Assembly (NCBI GenBank): GCA_951406725.2
Contig: OX597822.1
Location: 86,986,001-87,050,000 of the forward strand
Length of the DNA: 64,000 nucleotides
Direction of reading: 5' to 3'
DNA from: Octopus vulgaris
Taxonomy: Eukaryota
Shown here piece by piece: positions 54,110 through 64,000 of this stretch (positions within the stretch are counted from its first letter, which is position 1; every line of letters begins with the position of its first letter). The translations under genes and the position numbers were made by a program. A model generated the notes under the pieces. The model saw only the letters and a program-made list of their open reading frames with translations. It did no database searches and was not told the DNA's origin.

Positions 54110-54332
54110 CATCATCTTCATCATCATCATCCTCATCATCATTTAATGTCCGTTTTCCATGCTGGCATGGGTTGGACAATTTGGCAGGAGCTGGCAAGGC
54201 TGGTGAGTTTCACTAGGCTCCATCTGTCTGTTTTGGCATGGTTTCTATGGCTGGATGCCCTTCCTAATGCCAACCACTACAGAGTGGACTGGGTGCTTTT
54301 TAGGGGTCACCAGCACAGGCACTTTTTACATG
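54110..54332 (-). mobile_element. RTE 3' UTR copy
   Basis: (CAT)n then gtccgttttccatgctggcatgggttggac...ggatgcccttcctaatgccaacc. Similar copies at about 26900-27040, 41985-42140, 43405-43570 and 61080-61145. Confidence 0.85.
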
Positions 54333-55673
54333 CTCTTTCTTAATTTCCTCTTTCATCATTCTATCTCCCAGGTATTTGTGTGTTTTTTAGGTCCCTTAAT
54401 GTCCCTTAATGTCTCACTCTGTGCTTCACAACTGACGTATTTTACTTCTCTTTTCCCTCCTTATCTTATATATGATGACTCTGGCACATTTTCTATCCCA
54501 AATTCTTTGTCTTTGCCAAGCATTTTAACTCTTTGGAATGCCTGGAATTAACAGCTTCAGGTCATTGCAAATGGTTTGGCTAATCATACTCACACTCATT
54601 TCAGTCTGTTGTTTATTCTATCAATCTCTTTGTCAAACCACTAAGTTATTGGGCCTCCAGGAACAAAAATACAATTCTTTGTTGAGACCTTTATTCATAT
54701 AAACACATCCACCCTCACACTCTCTCTATCACACACTCACTGTCTTTGTCTCACACACACACACACACTCTCTCTCTCTCTCTCTCTCTCTCTATTATAT
54801 ACACACACACACTTTCTCTGTCTCTCTCTGTCTCTATGTCACACACACACACACACACACTTTTTCTCTTTCTCTCTCTCTCTATCATGTACACTCTCTC
54901 TCCCTCCTCCTTCTGTTTCTGTCACACACACACATACACACACACTTTCTCTCAGTCTCTCCTTCACACACACACACATGTACACACACACACTCTCTCA
55001 TACATATGCATACCATTTCACATCAAACCCTACCCTTCCTACATTGTATCCCTTTTGTAATCCAACTTCCTTTACCTTCACATTTTATTCCTGTCATTTG
55101 CTCTCCCTTCTATTTACTTTCCTGGGCCTTTAATAAACAGATGTCAAAAAATAGTGGGTCGGGTACCTGACAACCTCAGTAGTGTTGGTACCTTGATGAA
55201 ATAGACCCACTTTGGTCTGCGAAGAGGTAAGAACTGATCAAGGGATCACTTCAGTGTGGCTGAGTATATCACAACCTATCCAGTGTTGTGGACATGATGG
55301 AAGGTGCTCAGTATGTTCTGTAAAGTAGCCAATGTTAAGAAGGATGTCCGATTATAGCAACTGTCCGAAATAGAGACATGGCTCTTTATTTCGGAGGACA
55401 ACAACTGCAAATAAGACTAGAATATGATGAACTGTCCAACCCCTATCTGTCTGGAAAGTTGATATAAAAATGCAGATGATGATGATAATGATGGTGATAG
55501 GCTTCAACTCAGTTTCTGTTGATTAGATTTCATTCTCAGTATTTGGTTAATCCAAAACTTTGGTAGGAGATACTTTTCCAAGGTGCCATACCGTAGTATT
55601 GAACCCAGAACCATGTGGTTGTGAGATAAAGTATGGAACCACATAACTAATGCCTGTTCATTTATATTTCTAA

Positions 55674-56047
55674 CTAGCAGTATCTCCCGGCGTTGCTCGG
55701 GTTTGTAAGGGAAATAACTATATAAGCATTTTTAGAGATGTAAAGTATAATAGCCATCTCAATATGGTTAACCACAAAGGGAGGGGGTTACTGTAGCTTT
55801 TTACGTTCTGAGATTTAATAATAAATTTTTAGAGAGTTACTTAAAAATGGGGAAAATTGATGGTAAATTTTTTTTTTAAATCGTAGACTCATCGTAGATG
55901 TGCGCTAATACCTAGAAGGGCTCGATATGAATCACGACTATAAGATACCTGGTTTTGGTCTAACTGCACCGCAAAATGTGGGAGTAGTTAGGGATCTAAA
56001 TCGTAGGAGACAGACAGCACACAGCCTCACTTTTTTATATATAAAGA
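55674..56047 (-). mobile_element. Non-autonomous Helitron (374 bp)
   Basis: Minus strand starts TC(TTTATATATAAAA) and ends with hairpin cccgagcaacgccggg then CTAG. Inserted between A and T, with no TSD. Confidence 0.9.
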
Positions 56048-57361
56048 TTTTCATCTTTGTTTCACTTTATGGATACATTTTTTTTTTATCTCTGCATCTT
56101 TTGTCTTTAATCTTAAAACATTTCTTCAGGTTTTATTAAGTGTGCCATTTTCATTTCTATTTGTTCAAGATTTCCTTTCCTTGTGGCCATACTGGAGCAC
56201 TGCCTTGAGAAATTTTAGTCAAACTAATTTACCCCTGAACTTGTCTTCTTTTTAAGCCTGGTACTTATTCAATCGGTCTCTGTTGCTGAACTGCTAGGTT
56301 AGGGATATCTAACCTTTTGCACATTGCATTTTCTCTAGAATTGTTTCCCCTGCCACTGTCCTGTTACTACAGGGGAGAAAGCTCATATGGTGACATAATG
56401 CACCTACAGTGTGCTAAAGGTTATTAAATACACAAACACTAGTTGTCAAGTGCTGGTCAACACAAACACACACACACATACAACAGGCCTCTTTCACAAG
56501 GCTTTCGGTGGCCTGAGGCTGTAGTAGAAGACACTTGCTCAAGGTGCCATGTAGGGATATTGAACTTGGAATCATGTAGTTGGGCAGCAAACTTCTTAGC
56601 ACACGACCATGTATATTAGTAAGTTTTGCAAGTATTATTTCCATTACATAATTGGTATTTTACTGCTGCTGTGTTCTGGATATCTTCTTTTAGGGATAAT
56701 AATTCTGCTTTTGAGTATCTGTTTCTTTTTTTTTGCCTCTGATATCTCTCCTTACATTTGAAAGAGCATAATTGGCATTCTCAGCTTGACATTTGGATGA
56801 TTGTTTCTCCAAATTCTATAAGGTATAATTTGTATTACATTCTACTGTGGGAAATATCTGGATGCTACACAAAACCCTCAAAACTTCCTGGGGTTTAATC
56901 CTTGTCCATTTCTCTTCTTTCTAAGTTTCTTGGTATTTTCTATCATAAGTGATTTGCTTTGACATTTCACCTCTACAAGTTCTTCAGTTTCTTATTGCGA
57001 TTGTGATCCTTTAACCCTAGATTTACCCTAACCAAAAAGGTTCCAGCTTTAACTCCCAGCTTCCTCTCACTTTTGGGGCTTTACAACTAAACCCATGTAT
57101 TCTACCTCTGTTTTTTGAGACACTAAGTTGTAATTTGAGGGAAATTTGACTGAATTAAAATTCCCATATTGGTTTATTCCTAAAGGGTAATTTAACATAG
57201 TCTTAGCATGTTTTTATAAATATTTTTTTGTTGCAAATAAACCCTCACTTGGTAACTATTTAACGTTTTGTATATTTGTTGGTGGTGTACATATGTGTAT
57301 GTTTGGCTTTCAGCTACAATATTGTCACCATTCTTTCTTCCACTTGAAACAAGTCATGTGA

Positions 57362-57383
57362 CCCTAACCCTAACCCTAACCCT
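57362..57383 (-). repeat. Short interstitial (TTAGGG)n tract
   Basis: ccctaa x3 plus ccct. Confidence 0.8.
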
Positions 57384-58319
57384 TTTATTGCTGCTATGAT
57401 TCTGGATGATTTTCTCAAGATTTTTGTTTCTATGTGGAGTCCTACATTGTTTAGCTTCAGTGTGTTGTAGTTGTTTCACTGAAACTAAAATTCCTGTTTG
57501 ATGCACCAGACACTTCATCTGGATTTATCATTATCTTGCAATTTGTATATTTTTTTCTCTCTTCTTTTTTATGCCATACCAGATTATTATGATTTATCTC
57601 AGGTAGTCCATTATATAGCAATATGCAATTATGTGTATCTGTATTGCGAGTGAGAGGTAGAAGTGATAATTTGCATACTTTAGCCTAGTTATGTTATTTT
57701 TCTCTTGCAAACATAATTCTCTTAAGTCTGTCAGCATTCCCCAAGAAAACTATTTTCTGTAGTTCTTGAATTGAAAAATTTTCTGATTTTCTAACTTTAG
57801 CACCATTCCTTGATCATGCATAACTATGGTGATACTGCTGCATCCATCTTCTATGTTTTTGAAAGTATTTGTCTCTAAATCTTTGTACTTCAATTGTTTT
57901 TCTGTCTCTCTGATATTTTGGGATGTGAGGATATCAATCTGAAAAGATCTTTTGATTTTATGATTTTTTACGACTATGCTGCCAACTCTTTTGACTAAGA
58001 TTGTTGTTTTCCAAGTCAGTCTTGATTGAGCGGACGTATGATTAAAGATATCTCATCCACACCTATCCTATCTCTTATTCAGGCTAAGTCTATCTATCCC
58101 CAGCTGTATGGATGTATCTATTCATAAACTCTACCTTTTCACTAAATTTCCTCCATAATTCTCTGCCGTTTACATTTCAGACTATTAGATCAGTTCTGAT
58201 TGAATATTCCACATATGACCAATCTGTTTGTGTGTCTTTCAGAGATTACATTGTTCAGCATATCTATCATTTGATAGGGTTTCATTTGAAGGAGACTTGG
58301 CTGCCATTTTTAGCAGTTC

Positions 58320-58588
58320 ATGTGACAATTAGTTGGTTGTCATAATAAAACTCAGAGTTTCAGATACCGGGGTTGAAGTCTGCTCAGCATCTCATCTTTT
58401 TTCACTTCTTGTGGGATCCAAAAACGCAGCAAATTACTTTCACCATGCCTATTGGAGTAATTTCCCTTTTTTCAACGTTTTTTTTTTTTCATAGCGTTTT
58501 GTCTTAATATCTGATGAGATGCCAGAGCAAACTTCAACCCTGGTATCTGAAACTCTGAGTTTTATTATGACAACCAACTAATTATCAC

Positions 58589-58590
<2 letters not shown>
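58320..58590. repeat. Inverted repeat of about 77 bp (Penelope pseudo-LTR-like)
   Basis: Arms at 58320-58396 and 58513-58590 with few mismatches, and a spacer of about 116 bp. Confidence 0.9.
58499..58573 (+). ncRNA. Type I hammerhead-ribozyme-like motif
   Basis: CUGAUGA at 58511-58517; stem II GAUGCCAG/CUGGUAUC; GAAA at 58549-58552; minimal near-palindromic stem III ACUC-U-GAGU; GUU site at 58559-58561; stem I uugucuuaaua/uauuaugacaa. Imperfections are one extra base before GAAA and a U-U first pair in stem I. Confidence 0.62.
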
Positions 58591-58643
<53 letters not shown>

Positions 58644-60424
58644 TTGTTTTCCTTCTATTGTTATCATCATCATCATCATCATCATCATCCTCATCTGTAT
58701 TCTTGATCTAAATTAAAACACTGTTAAGTTCATCTGTACCTTTCATCCTCTCAAGATAGCACAAGTCAAATATTGGCTGAGATTTAGCTGACAAATCCAC
58801 TCCCATTGTGTTTCTGGTGTTAAGCCTGTCTTAGAAACCATTATTATTACTATTTTCTTTTTTTCTTTCTTTAGGCATTGAGCTGATAAAATTAATTGTT
58901 AACATGCCAGACAAAATGCCTGGTGGTATTTCATCTGTCTTTATGTTCTGAGTTCAAATTCTGCCGAGGTTGACTTTGCCTTTCATAATTTCAGAGTCGA
59001 TGAAATAAATACCAGTCATGTACTGGGGTCAATGTACTTGGCTAGCGACCACCCTGAATGTGCTGGCCTTGTGTCAAAATTTGAAATCATTATTCTCTTG
59101 TTTCTTGCCTTCTTTGCAAGATGTCTTTATTTAGGCTCTGGTGTTTGGATTACATTTTGATATTTTGCAAAAAACTGTATTCTGGTGTCTTGTGTGGAAT
59201 TATTACTCAAGGAGACGAAGGTTGTCATTTATAACTTTTTACTGTAAAAATGACATTTTGTAAAAATATCTTCTTTTTTAGCTGACATTCAATACAAAAT
59301 GTTGACCAGACATGCACTCTCTCAGCAAACAAAAACATTTGCACAAACAACATTAAAAACCCCAGAAAGATAGCATCACTGAATTTTAATCAAATAAATT
59401 GACCCCAGAACTTTTTTTTTTTTTGAAGGCTGGTACTTATTCTATTAGTCTGTCTTGCTGAACCATTAAGTTACAGGGACATAAATATACCAACATTGGT
59501 CATCAAGTATTGGTGAGGGTCAAAAACACACACTTACACATACATGCCATCACTCTATTGTTGTGATGAGAGGGAGATAATGATTATGGGAATACAAAGA
59601 GGAAAATGAGAAGGGGACTCCAAAAAGAAGAGGGAACCCAAATGGGAAAGAGCAAAAAGCGACAAGGAAGATGGTCATGGTCAGAACAACAAACAAAAAG
59701 AGGATTAAAATTTCTTGGCCTTTGAACCAGGCAGGATCAGCCCATGTTTGTGGTGCAAGAAATATTACAGAAATCTGTTGAGGACTGGGAAGCAACTGGG
59801 TTTGGAATGTAGGGGACACTCAAAAGACAGGATGTTGGTAAAAATAATAGACAGATACTACAGTAGAGAAAAACAGGTGAATGGTAAGAACCTGGATTGT
59901 TTGTAATTACAACACAGTCAGGAAATGTGTTACAGGTACTTTTTAAGAGACGGGAGATGCTGGATAAGCAATAACAGACAATGACTTGATGCGTTCTGAC
60001 TTGATCTAACCAATTGTTTCTCACTCAGAATGGGTTTCTGTTTTAGCCTGCATTCTAAATTACATCTTATTTTAATTAATTTATCTTGTTTTATCTTTTT
60101 AATTTATTCCAATGTAATTATTTGCGTTTTTATAAATTATCAACTTGTCCTCACTTTAATTGTATAGTCTTTCATTGTTCCCTTGTCTTTATAGAAATGG
60201 CCCCACCTTCCACCCCACACTTGTCAGTTCCCTCTTCAGCTTAACATCGTCTTTTATTGAATTCCTTCAAGATCTTGTGTCCAGTTATAAAGAGATTGCT
60301 GCAGCCACTGCGACAGCAGTGACACATGAGAAAAAAATATATTTCAATATTTGTTTTGACTCATGTTCTGAGTTCAAATCCTGCCATCTTCAACTTTGCT
60401 TTACATTGCTATGGGATCATTAAA

Positions 60425-60885
60425 ATAAAATATCACTTAACAGAGTGTGCTGGGTGCTCTTTATGTGTCACCAGTGACTTTACACAGTGCCAGCATGGGT
60501 GCATGGATACTTTTGATGTGGCACCTGAAAAGACAATCCTCTATGGATGGAAGATAGTGATTTTACTTAGCTTGGCATATCTTTTCAGGAACAGCAAATC
60601 GCCACATCTCCCAATCCCTTGTCATTTCCTGAGTAAGATCCAGCCTCTGAAGATCCAGCCCACCACTTTATCCCACGTCTTCCTGGGTCTAGCCTTTTCC
60701 CAGATACCCTCTGCAATTAGAGCTGTCTTCATCCATATGCATCACAGGACCCAACCAGCACAGTCTTCTCTCTTGCACACAACATCTGATACCTCTTATA
60801 CCCAGTTTTCTTCTTAAATCATTTACACTTGCTCATGCATGCACACTGACATTACCCATCCAGCAGAGCATTCTGGCTTCATGTG
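60425..60885 (-). mobile_element. RTE 3' end fragment
   Basis: Minus strand reads GYKRYQMLCAREDCAGWVL/GKG*TQEDVG, the same region as 26340-26695 in shifted frames. Confidence 0.75.
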
Positions 60886-61176
60886 CATAGATAGATGTTT
60901 GTATGGTGAAGAACAAAATGCAAAAAAACAAAAGCATAAGTTCACAACTAATGATGCTTGAAAGAGGAGAAGTTGATGGCACCAACATACTGGACATTAT
61001 ATTTCTCTTGAAAAGAAAAGAAAAAAAAAACGGGAGAAAAAAAAAGAAGAAAAACCCTAATATATAATATCATTGTCACCATTATCATTTTTACATCTGC
61101 TTTACATGCTGGCATGGGTTGGATGGTTAAACAGGATTCAGTGGATTGGACACACACACACAGAGTCTCTCACCCC

Positions 61177-61208
<32 letters not shown>

Positions 61209-61449
61209 GTAGAGAGAGATAACATCTATCTTGTTTGCCTGTCTACCTCTGCGTTGTTTTGCAATTCTTCCTTGGTTATCAAACAAGTGCTACTTAAGTT
61301 AAAGAATTTACATGTGACTGTTTGTTTAAGAGCTGACATGTTATTAAAGACTATTTCTTTATTTTATGAAACCTTAAATATGATGCCATTTATTATATGC
61401 CTAATTATATTGCAGTTTATTTTTATTTTTCAAAATTTTTCATTTATAG

Positions 61450-61545
61450 ATATACTCTCGCCGGAATGTCAAATTCCAGCAAATGTCTATGTACAAATTC
61501 TACCATCAATTTATCAGAAGAACAATTATCGGCTTGTGACGAAAG
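61450..61545 (+). CDS. Coding exon continuing the WSC domain
   Basis: Acceptor tttttcatttatag, donor aag|gtaaag. A phase-2 start joins the previous exon to give G-YTLAGMSNSSKCLCTNSTINLSEEQLSACDE, fitting WSC GYxxAG...CxC...C. Confidence 0.88.
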
Positions 61546-61619
61546 GTAAAGTGTCATGTTTTTTCTTAATATTTAAATTTTAAATCTGCTGCATCAATAA
61601 TAAATGCCTTATACAACAG

Positions 61620-62049
61620 ATTCGACCTCCAAACACAGTCAGCCTCCAGATACACTCTACCTCTAAAAAGGATCAGCGTCCAGAGAGACTCAGCTTGCAA
61701 ATAGGTTCAGCCTTTAAACACGCTCAGCCTCCAACCACACTCAGCTTCCAAACACACTCAACCTCCAAACAGGCTCAATCCCCAAACACACTCAGCCTCC
61801 AAATGCACACACATTCAGTCTCCAAACAGACTCGTCTTCCAAACAGACTCAGCCTCCAAACACACTCGGCCTCCAACTACACTCAACCTCCAAACACCCA
61901 CAGCCTTCAAACATGCTTAGCCTCCAAACAGGCTCAGCCTCCAAATACACCCAGCCTCCAAACACATTCAACCTCCAAACACACTCAACTTCCAAACACA
62001 CTCAACCTCCAAACACACTCAGCTTCCAAACACACTCAGCCTCCAAACA
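61620..62049. repeat. 17-bp minisatellite (ctcagcctccaaacaca), roughly 25 diverged copies
   Basis: Directly visible; it explains the 141-aa repetitive ORF. Confidence 0.93.
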
Positions 62050-64000
62050 AATGGAGTTTAACTACATCCTTCACATTTAATTATCATGAGATAATTATTT
62101 CGAGTGTGTTATTGGAGTAGACTGAAATATGACGAGATGTGATTTGCTGGTGGCGGCGGCAGAGGAGGAGGAGGAAGAGGAGGATTGTTCAGTAATATTC
62201 AAAACTGCAATAAAAATATTTCTAAAATTTCATGTTTAATCTAATCTTGAGCATTAAAATCAATTTCTACTGAAAGCCTATCCACATCACGTCATCTTTG
62301 TTAAACCATTTTATTGTATTTAATTAAAATGTGGCCCCTTTACGTAATTGCAAAAAAAAAAAAAAAAAAGAATCTTTAGTTGAAATATCCTCTCCTAAAA
62401 CAAGGCGAAGTATATTGAAGCTAATCGTCTTACCTCTTGTTGAACCAGCTAGAATTCTAAGCCATTTCTCTTTCTTGGGTTCCCAAATCAAAATATGTTC
62501 TGAATTACATCATAAAAATATCTAATTAGATTGTTAATTAGATGCAGATTAGATTAAAGCAACACTTGGTTGTTTGCAGTAATTTAATGGTGAACATATT
62601 TATTCTTGAACCAATGCAGGCATATATTATAAAAGGTTGGGGAGATTTGATTCAACAATAATAAGCTGCATCTTGAATTTAGCTCTATGTCAACTTTTAA
62701 TTCCTTTCAGAATGGCTTTAACATCTGCCTTTGATAAAACTGTGTGTTTTGATGTTCCTTATTGTGCCGAAACTTAAAGTTTTGTTTTTAATAAATGTAA
62801 AGAAACCAGAGTAACATTAAATGTCAGTAACTGTCTTTTAGGCTGTTATTTGATCAACTTAGAATGTGGCTGTGATGTTTTAAAAGTGTTGTGCTTTTTG
62901 AAACGAAATACTAAATGTGGTGGTTGAATGGTAACTGTAGTTAACTAATGGCTATAAATGTCCAGAGTTCAAACCCCATGGATGTAACCAGTATTTTAAC
63001 CAAGTTCTAAAATATTCAAATAGTACCACCATTATTCATCTAATTTCTGAAAAACACAAAATTAAATCTAATGTTTAATAATATTTGTATGGCACTATAG
63101 AAGAGGGGTGAACCAGTTGAATTTTCTCTGTGGCTATGAGGTGTGTATGTGCCCTATCACTTGTGAAAGGTCTTAACAGGGCAAAAAAAAAAAAAACAAT
63201 AATTAACTTGCTTCAATGAACCTAACCCCATAAATAGTGATCAAGAAATAGTGGCAGCAGTCATTAGCTACAAATTACTTCAAGACAAATAACAGGATTT
63301 CTTTGAAGAATAAAAAGAAAAAAATGGGCCAACTCATTGGACTGATGAAAGTATTTGAAAAAACTTGAGGGAATGTTGCTGAAATATATGGACTCAGAAC
63401 AAGAAATAAAAGAAAGATGTAAAAAAACAAAAAAAAGGTGGAAGACTTGAGAACATCAACAAGGTCTCAAGTCATTTTCCTTAGAAATGTTTTTTTTTTT
63501 TTGGTATTGTAAAATTCTCTCAGAAAGAAGTGAAAGGAAAACATATTCACTATGTTGTCTGTAGGGTTAAGATTAGCCTTAGTTTTATTTGGTTTACATA
63601 ATGATAGTCTAAATGACAGCATGAATGAATAACTGGTTGTTAATGAACAGTTTGCCAATGTCTTTAAAACAAGCCAAATTGAATCCAGCAAGTTGTCAGT
63701 GGTTCTCTGTTGCCTGACAGGAATCCTATGCAAAAACGAATTGAAATGTATGGAAGTATAAAATCTAAGAGCAAAAGATATTTAGGGTATGGGAAATGGA
63801 ACCCTAGATAACATCAGTTCTAATTGGAGGTCTTAGGAATCATGAACTAAGACTAATGAATCAATTGAAAAGTCTTTCAGCTTTCTAACAGAATACAAGT
63901 TATTAGATCTGGTTTCTGGTATATAACTGAAAGTACTGAACATCACCTGAGATGTGACACCTGAGATATGTTGTCTTCTGTTTCTCTAAAGTAACACTTA

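Noticed and set aside
61146-61583. 145-aa ORF overlapping the second WSC exon
   Set aside because: Wrong frame; the conserved cysteine pattern is in another frame.
61695-62120. 141-aa Q/T/H/S-rich ORF
   Set aside because: A by-product of the 17-bp minisatellite.
63342-63365. ctgatga...gaaa hammerhead-like core
   Set aside because: No supporting stems I and III.

Overview
This is AT-rich, microsatellite-dense animal genomic DNA. The SINE, RTE and microsatellite landscape suggests a cephalopod (Octopus-like); that is inference. Nearly all ORF-track entries are artefacts of simple repeats or decayed transposons. The window is mostly intron or flanking sequence of a + strand host gene. Two short exons missed by the ORF track (47799-47925 and 61450-61545) splice in phase to encode most of a WSC domain. 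Mobile elements include a decayed Ty3/Gypsy element with one LTR, a full-length defective mariner, many RTE-clade LINE fragments, an R4/Dong-like LINE in (TAA)n, Tc2-like and hAT MITEs, a non-autonomous Helitron and three tRNA-derived SINE families. The best leads are structural RNA signals. One is a Penelope-type hammerhead-ribozyme-like motif on the sense strand of the WSC intron, paired with its own inverted copy. The other is a tandem array of compact H-type pseudoknot-like units in the 3' UTR of the dominant RTE family. All calls were made by eye; no searches or folding were run.
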